Shown: positions 51,530 through 64,000, counted from the first letter of the stretch. The stretch: 64,000 nucleotides of DNA from Balanoglossus misakiensis (GCA_040954595.2 CM082597.2:5709244-5773243); one strand, 5' to 3'. A program made the numbers and translations. Notes: a model not told the origin generated them from the sequence alone.

Positions 51530-52361
51530 TAGCTAAATAATAAGTTAACACATGGCACCCCATACATGGGTGTAAGGTATTCGCATGACCACTGGAGCAT
51601 TCAGGCGATCGATTGTTGATCAATTATTTTCACCCCAGGGGAATACGTAGACTGGATATATCGCACCCACAAATCAAGGTTGAAATTGGAAATACGTACA
51701 CTGGCTACTTACAGAAGACGTTATATCAGCCCAAAAGACTGGAAACATAATGACAGAATGGCCAAGCTAGTGTTGAATGAATGAATGAATGGGTAGATCA
51801 TTCACATGTTGGCATAAAGACGTCCTTTTGCCGCGCAGGAAGGAAATCAAGTAAAGCTGTCAGGCGTAAATTAGTTATGCATGAAATGATCATCACTGTA
51901 TTTGTAAAATTATTTATTATTTCAACGCATGCACATAGGTTTGAGTACGTCTGTACAAGGCGAATGGGCCAGAGAATTTCTGGTTATGGCGCCCCCATTC
52001 GGAGGAATTGAAGGTTGTGTGGGTCAGAGGTCACAAAGGTGAGGTCTTGCAAAAACAAAGACGTCGGTGAGCTAGCGTCAGAATAAGAATGGGGCTAATC
52101 TACAAAACATTCTCCCCGCAAATTTCTTATCCAGCGCAACCTGTGATTCTTGTACGTTCTAAAACAGAACTCTGGCTCTGAGATGGCCTTCAAAAATCCT
52201 GGGAAACTGTCTGAGTGGCGACAGATTCACAACTAGAAAGGTCAGGCGAAGACGAGTCTGAGTCTGATTCCGAAGCTAACTTAAACTTCGCATACGCGTT
52301 ATCCACTCACCGTGTTAGGTAAAGATCTTGGACTGGCAAAATTTGTATCGCTGACCCAGAA

Positions 52362-55300
52362 ATGGACGGACACAGCATTGTTGTTTACGGTCAGTGTCAA
52401 CACTGTACACCTGCAGGTAATAATACACCTCATTTTTGGCCAGAAATCTATCTCTCTTTTGAGGTCTGACTTGACCTTTAAACTGGGGTTTGAGTCAATT
52501 CGAAGGTTGGGTGTGCAGTGCTGTTATATGTGCTGTACTGACGTGTGTTGTGTGTCTGTACTTGAATATAACCTTTCTAGAACTTAGGACGTCAACCTGT
52601 TAGAATTTGGGTGGTATGATCACCACTGCAGTGCAGATATTAAATCAACACTGTAAAGTATACAAGTGAGTTGTACAGTGTGAAACAGAATACAACAGTT
52701 CAATGCATCCATCTTATACTGTGTCACTGTGTACTGTGTATACTTGCTATAAATAACTTCAGTTTGTGAGTGTTATGATCCAAGCTTAGCTAGCAGGGGC
52801 CATTGCCAGACGATGATGTGTGTGTACCGTATATTCTCACAAATAAGCGCCACTTTTTAACCATTCAAATTTTGGTGGCGCCTAAACAAAGGCAGAAATG
52901 AGTCTTTCAAGAACCGGTGGCGCTTATTCATCGGTCGCTGTACCCTGTTGATTCATATGCAAATGATTTGGGACGTTCCAATCTCTGTTCTCGTAAGGGG
53001 GTGTCCGCAGTGAATGAATGGCTGTTTCAAATTCATACGTAAAGTTTTAACATTTTCTATTCAAATACAGTCAGTTCAATGTATTGTCTAATAAATATTC
53101 CAGACATAAAAAGTTGTCAACGAAGTGAATACTACGAGCAGCATTACAGTATGCTGGCTGAACCATCAACAAAATCTACTGACGTATAGTGGTTTAGTCC
53201 ATGTGCGTCTTTGTCATCATGCTCTCACACATGTAAGGTCAGGCAAGGTTGCATGAATACTCAGGTTGCGTGAATATTCACGAGAAAATTAATACCGCAA
53301 ACATTCCCAACTTGAAACTAGTCCTATTATTTCAAAGCCCTGGCCATATGGTCAAACTTGAGTGGTAGTGCCGGTAACGTAAGCGGCTGCCGGTCGATCG
53401 ACAGGAAAAAGACGAGTGTCTAGACGCCCGGCACCTGTGACTTTTGCAGTGAATAATAATTTACATAAATTAGGAGGTTGACATGTGCCCGATTTCATCT
53501 TGTAAATAAATAGCACATCAGCCTAAAGCATGCATTGTCTGCTCAGGTCAATTATTATTCACGCAGCAAGCCCCCGTTGATTTTGACAAGACCCCTAAAC
53601 AGGTGTTACCTCGGTAGTACTTGCCATATGATTCACGTACGTCCACACACCTCAAAAAAAAATTCCTGGCGCTTAATTTTAAGTAAAAAGTAGCAAAGTC
53701 AGGTATCACTGGCGCCTAATCATGGGTGGCGCTTAATTGCGAGAATATACGATATATTCAGAAAGTTTGTCATACTTTCCAAAATAACCAATTCATCTGA
53801 AATTTTGGTTGTGTATAACTTAAGTACTACAAGTACAACACAAACTGAATAGTGATGATGAAAGGGTTATTATTTAGTAAACTTATACTTATTATTCTGA
53901 GCATATGCAGGAATGATGTAAACATTCTAACCTTAGTTTCTTTTTTTCATCAGAGTGTTCAGAACTGTGTGAATTACTGCGAACGTCAAACAAGATAGAT
54001 GAGCTCGGCAGGATGTTCGAAACATCAAGTGATGCTTTAAGGCAGCGGTTTGAAAATAATAACTTGTCTATCTCCGGTAAGTAAAACTGAAGATCCTATG
54101 GCAGTAATATCTGGAACCTTGGCTTCTTCAGTGAAATAATTCAGTATCTGATGGAAAACTTGGTATCTGTTGATCTAGATTCAGTGACCACCACCGTTTT
54201 AATTTTGATAGGACAATAGAGCGTAATTAACATAATTAATTATATTGTTATGTAAATTAGCCTCCAGGCTAGAAAACTAAGCAGTAACACTTGGTGGAGA
54301 TGCTGAAGCAGTAAACTATCCAGCTATTGATTGATCTATCCTTCTATCGGAGTCCAATTTGAATGTGGATGTAGATCAATTATCATGCATCATGTTCTGT
54401 ATCTCCATCTGACACTTCTTTTCTTCTGCTAGATGTGTTGCTGATTGTTCAAATGATGGTCCAACATGGTCATATTACAGTGGAAGAGCGTTCCTTACAC
54501 GAACATGTCACTGAAGATAGTGAGCAAGAACGTCAACAGACAGAGCGGCAGCAGCATCCATTGTGGGGTGACAAAGTTGTGGAGAACTCAAAACCTGGAA
54601 GATCTGAGGATTTTTACTCTGCCGGAGGACAGCAAGGATCACTATTTGTGCAATCAAGGAAAGCTGAGGAAAACAGCGTTGATCAACTCCGGCATTATCA
54701 ACATACTAGTACACATTCACATGAAAATGACGAAAGACCATTTGTTTGCAAAGAATGTGGTGAAACCTTCGTGTATGGTTTCCGTCTGAACCATCACATG
54801 AGGAAACATAAAAAGGAAAGACTGTTTGCATGCAGTGAATGTGGCAAAATTTTTAAGACGACTTGGGAAGCCAAGAAACACATGAAAACCCATTCCAACG
54901 AAATACCTCATGCCTGCAGTGAGTGCGGTAAAACTTTCAAACAAAGAGGAAATCTGAAACAACACATGACTGTTCACTCCAGCGAGAGACCATTTGCGTG
55001 CGGTGAGTGCGATAAAACGTTTAAACACAGTGTCAGTCTGGAAAAACATGTGAGGATGCATTCGCTTGGTAGACCCTATGAGTGTAGTAAATGCGGCAAA
55101 ACGTTCAGATGGAGTAGCAATCTGGAGAAACACATGACGACCCACTCAAATACATCATGCAGTGAATGCGGGAAAACTTTTCTACATAGTAGCTATCTGA
55201 AGAGACACATGGTGATGCATTCAGATGAACGACCATATCTGTGTAGTGAGTGTGGCAAGACATTTAAAGAGAGTAGCGCTTTGAAGGGACACATGAAAAG

Positions 55301-56495
55301 TCACTCAAATGAACGACCACATGCATGTACTGAGTGTGGCCTGACGTTTAAAACGGGAGGTAACCTAAGAGAACACAGAAAGATCCATTCCAGTGAAAGA
55401 CCGTTTTCGTGCAATGAATGTGGTAGAACTTTTAAACGGAGTGACGATCTGAAGAAGCATGTGGGAATCCACTCCAATGAAAGACCATTTGTATGCAATG
55501 AATGTGGTCAAGGTTTCAAACGGCGTAGCTACCTGAAGGTACACCTGAGTACACACTTAAAGGAAAGGTTGCATTCATGCAGTGAGTGCGGTAAATCTTT
55601 CCGACACAAATACAATCTGAAGGAACACATGAAGATTCACTCCAGTGGACGACTCTTTGCGTGCAGTGAATGTGGCAAAACTTTCAAGCAGGGTAAATAT
55701 CTCAAGGCACACATGGGCGTCCACTTAAAGGAAAGACCAGATATTACCTGCAGCGAAAGTGGCAAAGTTTTCAGACACAGTGACACTCCGAAGGACCAAA
55801 TGGCAATCCAATCAAATGGACAACCATACGAATGTGGTAAAACTTCTAGACGGAGCAAAAGTTTGAAGGAACACACGAGAAGCCAGTCCGATGAAGGACC
55901 GTTTCCATGCAATCAATGTGGTAGAAATTTTAAACGGAGAGGCGCACTGACAAAGCATGTGAATAGCCACTCCGACGAAAGACCATTTTCTTGCAGTGAA
56001 TGTGGTAAAACGTTCAAACAGAGTGGCACTCTGGAGCAGCACGTGCGGATCCACTCAAACGAAACGTCGCATTCATGCAGCGAATGTGGTAAATCTTTCA
56101 GACACAGACACAAGCTGAAGAAACACATGAAAATGCACTCCAGCGAAAAACCCTTTGCCTGCAGCGAATGCGGCAAATCTTTCAAATGCAGAGGCGACCT
56201 GAAGAAACACATGACTTCCCACTCTGACGAAAGACCATTTCCATGCAATGAATGCGGCAAACGTTTTAAGGAGAGTAGCACCCTGAAAAAACACATGAAG
56301 ATCCACTTAGACGTGAGACCCTTTGCCTGCAGTGAGTGTGGTCGGACATTCAGAGAGAGTCAGACTCTGAAGGAACACATGAGGATCCATCGAAATGAAA
56401 GACCATATCTGTGCAACGAATGTGGTAAAACGTTTAGATATAGTGGCAATTTGAGAACACATATAAAGTCTCACTCAAAGAACATTGGTTTTTAG
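52362..56495 (+). CDS. C2H2 zinc-finger protein paralogue 3 (19 intact + 2 degenerate fingers, ~746 aa)
   Basis: Exons 52362-52416, 53954-54076 and 54433-56495, with the same structure as paralogues 1 and 2. Confidence 0.9.
52827..53752 (+). mobile_element. Non-autonomous TcMar/pogo-like element
   Basis: TA|CCGTATATTCTCACAAATAAGCGCC...GGCGCTTAATTGCGAGAATATACGA|TA in intron 1 of paralogue 3. Confidence 0.85.
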
Positions 56496-57620
56496 AATGA
56501 GAAATCACAAAGATCCACCGACTCGGATGAAAGACCATTTTCATGCAATGAATGAGGCAAAAGTCTAGAACAGAGTAGCAATCTAAAGAAACACAAGGCG
56601 ATTCACTCAAATGAGAGACCCTTTGCATGCACTGAATGTAGTCAAGCAATCAGAGAGAGAGATGAAACCTGCCTGTATACATGATTGTCCACTCAATGAT
56701 AGATTATTTTCATGCAGTGAATGTGGTAAATCTTTCAGACACAGACCCTCTTTGAAGAATGAACACCGACTCATGTGAAAGACAATTTGCATGTACTGAG
56801 TGAGAGTTGAAGCTGCAAATTTATTATGCAATAAAAAAGTAAAATTTGTCACAATTACAATAAATTCGGGCTCGGTCAAAATTGAAACAGTGGTCTTCCC
56901 CATGAGGGAATGGTTAAGTATCTTCTCAAACGATCAAAAACATTTACCACAAATCCTGTGTCCGAAGGATATAGCATTTTAAAGTAAATTCTTCATTTGA
57001 AAGCCACTCAGGGAAACTGTCAGAAGTGTGGCATATAGGCTTTAAGAATGGTAGAAATTTACTACGCAATGTCACTTTGATTAAGCGCATGACCAAAACA
57101 GTCTTATTCCGAACATCCGATGGTCGTTTTAACAAAACAATTTGAAAGTTGCGTATCTTGTTGGCAAAACTGTGTCTAAGATTATTTTTAAACAGATCAT
57201 GTTTTCACAATTGCGGATCAAAATTTTAAAGTGCCTGTTTCCTCATCCATTTGTTTTAATTACCATAATGAAATTCTAACTAAGTTATAAAATATGTGTG
57301 ATAACGTTTATGAGAACATATGTTCACCAACTGTTTTAATTGTGATACTGTATCAATCACAGCCGTATTTACCACTATTTAAATATTCATAATGTAGAGT
57401 GGCCGATAAGAAACAAGGTTACATTGGTCATACGAATCTCTCTGAATTGTATAGGAGAAAAGTCAAAACAAGAATTCCTTAATGGCTGAAAACATCAAGA
57501 TTACCCGTTTGATGAGAAAACAAGAAACACATAAATACATCTTCAATCAAATAAATTGATCTGAGAATGCTGAAGTTTAAATACCATAAAACTGTTTCCC
57601 ATGTTACCTTCATGGGCAAT

Positions 57621-60600
57621 TCACACGCATAATTTCTCTAAGAGTCTTTTATAAATTACTTCCATTGGGAATACACTAGATCCTGCTATCATGCAAATTC
57701 CAGCCAGGTAGAAAGATAGGTCATACGATCCTGTTACGTCACACAAATACCCTGTGAATTGAAAAGGAAAAATCATAATCAATGACATAGTTCCCGCTGA
57801 GTCAAATGATTAAAACGCATCCGAGGAAATCATGTTATTCACAAAGCCATTTGACAAAATTGGAGTAAAATTGCAGCCAGACACATTATAATAGGTGCAT
57901 ATTGTTTAAGAAACCGTAGATATCATGAGAGAACTTTTTACAATGCAGTTTGTTTCTGCCAAAATGCTATCACAGCTTAGCTACTCAGCCATTGTCGTTT
58001 GGGAACCGTGACAATTCTTTTGTCGCCTGGTACGTTTTTTTGAACGAACCAACTGCGCATGTGCAGTTCAGGCGACCATCTCCCTTTCATTATTGTAAAT
58101 GGTAACTGTTCATAACATTCCGAGTACCTGACAGAGGAGGACCGAGTATGGAGGCTGCTCCAACGCAGAACATCATCATACCAAGTACTTCGGCATATCT
58201 TTGTAAACCACTGATTTGTTTCATGATGACAAGGTCAAGAGCAGTGATGATACCACGTAGTACCCCAATGATGACAACCGCTGTCATCAGCATCGTGTAC
58301 GAGTTGGCAGCTGGGATCATAAGGGCGGTAATTCCATAGGCAGCGTGGCCCAAGCAGTGGATGTACAGTCGGTTTTCGCCTATACCGGCACAATCGATGA
58401 TTATACCAGCAGCGATGCAGGTCACGCTCATGGCAACGCCTATGACGGACATGAGAAAGGCCGCTTTCACTTCAGATATGCCCATCCTGACGGCTTTATC
58501 CACTAAATGGGTCACGACAATACTTTGTCCCATTATTACCAAGAATATGTAAAGCAGTAGTAGTCGTATCCGTGTATCTTTACATAAGGTGAACAAGAAA
58601 CATTTCCTCCAAGTTTTCTTTACCGCTCCAGTCGGTGACTTTGCTATGTTTACTTTCATGTTTGGAGGGCACTGGTCATGTCCATCACTCAAGTTGGTGT
58701 TTTTGTTTGTATCTTCGCAGTACTGAATACTGACACTATCCCGGAGTGGTGTTACTGACTGAGTTTCTCTGCTCCTATGAGATATTAATTTCACATTGGT
58801 GCACGTACTCTTGCTACTTGAGTTACGGTGATTTCTTTCGTTTCCACCATCACAACCACCATCCTTACCAACGTCGCCATCATCATCATCATCATCATCA
58901 TCGACCCCGGCGGAAACATACTTGTCTTCTGCACTGGAGTCTAACGCCAGATGTATTGGTCTAAGCAGGGCGGCACAAACACAGAGGTTGGCCGCCATTC
59001 CCGCCAGTAACAACAAAGCCCCTCGCCAACCGTATTTTTCAATGAAGATTGCGCAGAGTGGCGGAATGGCAAAATTTCCCAACCCTGTTCCAGCGAATGC
59101 AGTCCCGTTGGCTGTGCTGACACGTTTGTTGAAATATTCTCCGAGAGTTACAAAAGATGCTACCTGATATAGCCCAAACGACGCACCTGACGATAAAAGT
59201 AAGAACAAATATTATTTGAGAATGGTATATGGTCGTTACTCAAAGTCAGCGGAGTGACAAGATTTCTCATTCTTGTTGTATTGTATTCAGCTGTACTTAT
59301 ACTGGTGCACATGCAACATTCGTAGATGTAACAAAATGTGTAAAGTAATAATAATGGTAAGTGAAGGACAATTCGTACATTTGGTGGCGATATCTTGAAA
59401 TTCGCTTAATTTATTGGACACCCTATACGTTTTACTCATTGCGAACTGAGACATTGGTTCAGTTTCTTGGTCATTTCCACACTGTATTGTCAACATTAGT
59501 TAAATGATGCAGAAACCATTAATATTGAGTTTCCTAGAAAAATCTGTAAAATGTTGGGCCAATGCCTATAAGTTGCCCCATTTGCGTTCACGAATTTCAC
59601 CATGAAAACGGTTTTATATACATAATTACACAATAGACTGTGATTAAATTTTCCAGCCTGACAATAATTTACTTGTTGCTTTGATGTTGAATAATACTTC
59701 TGGATATATATGAAACTAGCTTGGAGTCCGGGGTTGCCTGTGGCTCAGTTAGACAGAAGTGTTACAAGTGTAAAGGTCTCGATTACCTGTGACTCCAAGA
59801 CTAATAGAAAGGTAGATCGGACTTGTTGCAAAGGCACTTGCGATAAAGGAAACGCATGATAACACACCACCAACCATTGCGACACGTCGCTTGCTGTATC
59901 TCTTGCAAAGAAACCCAGCAAACGGAGCTGTATACAATGGAATAACATAAATGACGCTTAAATATGAATTCGTGAATTCCTCCGTAAGCCTGAAAAAATT
60001 GTACGCCTAATAATGACAGTACTCTTATAGCACGTACACTTTATTTTGTTAAGATCGTTGTGTCATGTTCACGCTGTTGGTTGCTTTGAAATTGTCATTT
60101 TTAGCAAGTATGTCACACGATTTGTGCCAGTCAGCAATGTATGTATTAGTTTTTACAGGAGAAGTCACGTGGATGTGATGATCGAGTTTGTACCTATGCC
60201 ATTCCATAACTTTGAAGTCATTTTAAGACCTATACTGGTGGGATATATTTTTCTATGGAGTTCTGATTCTACACATTAACTTTCATATTTAAAAATCTGA
60301 TCAGACTTGTGTAGCAAAACTGAGGTAAATCTGAGGCTGAACATGATTACATCAGATGCAATAGTACTGAACAGTTGTCTTGTAAAAATGAATGGTGCGA
60401 GAACAGTAAATTAACTAATAAAATCTGCGTACCTATAACGTAATTAGCTGCCGTGTGTGTAGATATAATCCACGAAGTTGTAGTGACTGTCGAATCGAAA
60501 TAGTGCAGAAAACTAACAAATAGTACCGCCATGGAACTATTTACACCACGTAGGATAATTAAAGCCAGCAAGTTTGCAGCCATAACTACCCATGCCCAGC

Positions 60601-60697
60601 CGACATCCTGTGATTGCTCCAACCGCCGTGGCTTCGCTTCTCTGCCCGGGAGCTGTGTGTCTACACCGACAGACGCCATTTCGTTATGGTGGGGCAT
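57621..60697 (-). CDS. Monocarboxylate transporter (SLC16/MCT, MFS), ~531 aa
   Basis: Phase-consistent exons: 60433-60697 (QDVGWAWVV motif), 59787-59927, 58128-59186 (YFNKRVSTANG, YGWRGALL, LLRP, acidic loop, GPPLSG), 57621-57751 (GYLCDVTGSYDLSFYLAG). The start could instead be the ATG at 60679. Confidence 0.9.
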
Positions 60698-61706
60698 TCG
60701 GAAGTTGGTGGTCCAAGTTCCAATGTCCACACTATTCTCCTTCAAGAGTTGACGTGAAGTGGGTGCTTATCATTGGTCAACTCTTGTGCAAACTCACGTT
60801 TCCAAATGGTGCACGTCAGGTTCATAACCAATAGTTAAGCTGAGCATTTAGCCATGTAAGCGTTGTATCAACACCTTACTGGAGGCGAACTGGGTCACTG
60901 CAGGTTTATTCAGTCAGAATTACCAGTAATAGTTAATAGGTAATGAATATGTCACTGTCGCCGAATTGTTCTTCAACGGGTACTTAAAATTGGGGCACTG
61001 CAGTTGCATTATCAAACGTGCACGTGTACAGTCTTGACGACTGACCTTGTGAACGGCTTCAAGCAAACAGTTGTGCTGTCATGCAAGTAGTCATAAATGT
61101 TTACCCAGTATCAGCCAAAGGTCATTTATGCAAGGTCGACAAGATCACACGATAACATTCAAACAAACAACGATTTGTGTCCTTGCAAACACAATGGTGT
61201 AATTATTTCATGACTTTAAAGACGAGAATCAACATATTCTATGTTGTAACTTGAGAAATATCATTTTTGATCAAAGTACATTTTGTGAAGTTAAACAATA
61301 ATTCAACAGTTACGTATTTTGGGGGCATGATGATCTATTCACACGGATCAGTCGAAGAATGGACTTTATTTGGGGATGGGCAATCGATCGAATTCCTAGA
61401 AATGACAGCTATCACAAACTTGTATGGCTGAGTAAACAAAACTCTCATGCACAGTTTTCTTTGTAATCTGACCAATGTCTTTATTTAACCTTTTCCAATA
61501 TCAATCAAGAAATAAATTCGGTTTTCCATGGAAAGCTACGAATCACCAACACCAACACAGCCACCACCACCGCGTTATATTATGCTATGGAATTGAAGTC
61601 TGTTATTAATTTGATGGGGAATGTTTTCTTAGGACTTCTAATATTGTAATCTACTTCCATATAATGGCGAGTTGAATATTTTTCCCCAGGATATCCACCA
61701 GGCCAC

Positions 61707-62949
61707 TTAATCACATCTGGAAAAAAAAAAGAGAACATGAGTTGGAACACAGAAACTGTGATTTGCTCAAAACGTTACCAATGGCTTTTGCTTATCACTT
61801 CTATTCCCGTTGATTGGTCAGTATGTGACTGAAGTGAATGAGAGTAATCATCTATAGATAGAAATATAACGCGGAAAATGTTTATTTTTAAAAAGGGCTG
61901 TTTTCTTAATCAAAACATTTTAACATTGTACGTTGTTGCTGTGTGTTGTTATGATGAAAAATATGTATAAAGTACACACACAGCCTCCAAATAGACCTAA
62001 TTAATGGGTTAAATAAAAACAAAATAGTCCATACCTCTTGTCAGATACTTTCCAGCTGACACCAAACTGATTAATATCCTTGGTGATACGCCCATCTGCC
62101 ATCTTGAAATCGTTCATTGGGTTGCCATCCGCATCGCCCAGCAATCCGCAAAGCTTCCCTTCACGTTCCCCAGTCAACACAGCAGAGAACAGGTGTCGAC
62201 GGCCATCCCAGGTCAGTGTGAACACTGGTCCAGTGTTTTGATCTACCAGTTTTGCTGTGAAGGATTTGTCTTCTGTCTTGTTGACCCAAGCTGTAAATTC
62301 TTCTCCCTCAACAGAATAACTTGTCTCCACTTTTCTCCCATTCACCTAATATGAATACAGTGACAAATTGGCTGCAAGTGTTTCCATACAAGTTCTTGTT
62401 ATTCTGAAGAGGTCCTACGGTGTAGGTAAAGCCTATGTTAAAACCCATGTAAAACTAATAATGCAAGGATGAACGGGGGGATATAATTATCGATTTCACC
62501 TTTACAACCTGTAGACTATGAACAGACATTACTGTCAAACAACATTGGTGTGTTTTCAGAAAAACACGGAGGGTACCACATGGGACGGATGTTACAATTA
62601 TCGTGTATATAAAAATATTTGGGCATTTGCAAAGAAGGTAACGATAGAAGCAAGACAGGAAAACCTACGTAACAACTGTCCCGGTCCATGGCGATAGTTC
62701 GTTCACCAATAATAACATTCAAAGCGGTGGCTCGACTTTTGACTTCTCTCTCTAGGGGGTCACGTGGTTCAAACTTCGCGATGACTTCAAATCGTGGCTT
62801 GGCATCTGAACAATCCTTGACAAGTGTGTACCAGCACAGTCCTTGGAAACTGTAACGGCGTCCATCGAACGTCACCATGTGAGGATCATGTCTGACTTCG
62901 GCTGATGATGAATGAAGTGGAGGTGCAGTTGTCCCCGGAAATGGAGATA
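61707..62949 (-). CDS. C-terminal VWD-domain protein (BMPER/kielin/FCGBP-type VWD), 5'-incomplete
   Basis: Exons 62669-62949 (HDPHMVTFDGRRYSFQGLCWYTLVKDC), 62035-62345 (LCGLLGDADGNPMNDF..FGVSWKV) and 61707-61716 (RCD*). Upstream exons are unresolved. Confidence 0.8.
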
Positions 62950-64000
62950 CTGTATCAAATTTGTTATATGAATAAAGGAAAATGTGTGTTATTATCAATT
63001 TCACATTTTGATGGGGAAAAATATCTTCCTATAAGACCATAACTATGAATATTTATTTATAATGATAACAAATATCACCCTGCTTAAATGGACAAAGTCT
63101 CTCTCTCGCTGCCAGACAAACATACTAATAAAGTTCTTATAAAACGAGTATAGTATATAGAAAAAAAATATTTATTTTAAACAATAACATACCAAAATTT
63201 CCTGGATTACCTGTATATCCCTAAAAAAAGATAATAATTATATGGTGTATTATTATCATAATTTGTTAGTGATAGCAAATCGTAAGTCGACAATAATTAT
63301 AGTTAAGAAATACTGTAACAATGACGCACTAACACGCATATACACACGGACACACACACACATGTCATTGACTATTACGTCAGTCGATTTTAACGTCATT
63401 ATTGTACTTAGTTACGAACAGACGGCGAAAAAAGGTTTAAACTGCGCATGTTCTCGATAAAATGTCGTTCAGCTTTTTAATGAAGTATAATATAACTACT
63501 TTACCGATGGTTGATAGTCATCATCACTTACCTGCGCCAGTGCAGTTTCATGAATCTGTGATAAATAACGCGAAAACATCTAATTATGACCAAGATTTGA
63601 CTAGATTTTCTATAACATAAATCAAATTGGATGACAAAATAGAACTCTCTACTGTTTCATTGAATGAAAAGAAATGTTGGCTAGATCGAATTTATTTATA
63701 AAATATATTGCAATTATTATCACCACAAAGAACAACAAAAAACTAAATAACGGACAGTGTTAAGAGACGTAGTGAAATATCAATTTGGTATCTTGTGTAA
63801 ATATGCTTCCATTGAAAATGGGTGGAAGAATAAAATAGAAAATGAGTTAGAGACCACGTATAATCGTATGTTTTCCTTGATTTATATGAAATGAAGAAAT
63901 GTTTAGCAAACAGCCACCATTTCCCTACACCGGGCGATAACGTCATACAGAAATCATAAGAGAAACCTAAATGAACTGAAATCTAAGAATATTTATAAAT

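Larger units (their letters stand above)
49407..51564. mobile_element. Long-TIR non-autonomous element, IS3EU-like, with nested insertions
   Basis: TATGGGGTGCCATGTGTTAAC...GTTAACACATGGCACCCCATA termini, ~200-bp AT-rich inverted arms, 6-bp TSD CGTGGG/CATGGG, and an internal ~70-bp AT-rich tandem repeat. Confidence 0.7.

Noticed and set aside
41262-56306. Antisense ORFs over the zinc-finger exons
   Set aside because: Typical shadow frames of C2H2 repeats, with no independent coding signal.

Overview
Eukaryotic, intron-rich and AT-rich animal genomic DNA. The gene and transposon content suggests a marine invertebrate, possibly a deuterostome such as a hemichordate or echinoderm (inference only). 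I spliced the exons by hand and checked the phases. Left to right: (1) a 5'-incomplete, 22-exon type I membrane protein of the SVEP1/uninflatable type with HYR, sushi, GCC2/3, pentraxin, EGF and TSP1 domains (+); (2) a convergent single-Ig receptor tyrosine kinase with a Ret/FGFR-like kinase domain (-); (3) a 4-exon GPI-anchored Ly6/uPAR three-finger gene (-); (4) three tandem C2H2 zinc-finger paralogues (+); (5) an SLC16 monocarboxylate transporter (-); (6) the 3' part of a VWD-domain gene (-). Each zinc-finger gene has two small exons encoding an unrecognised ~75-aa N-terminal domain, spliced to one long finger exon whose recognition helices are rapidly diversifying. Many non-autonomous DNA transposons are present (Kolobok-, pogo/TcMar-, hAT-, AcademH-, IS3EU- and Crypton-like), concentrated in and around the zinc-finger cluster. 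The best candidate for an undescribed system is this cluster, which has KRAB-ZNF-like architecture but a non-KRAB N-terminal domain. A sharp GC3 island inside one exon of gene 1 is also unexplained.
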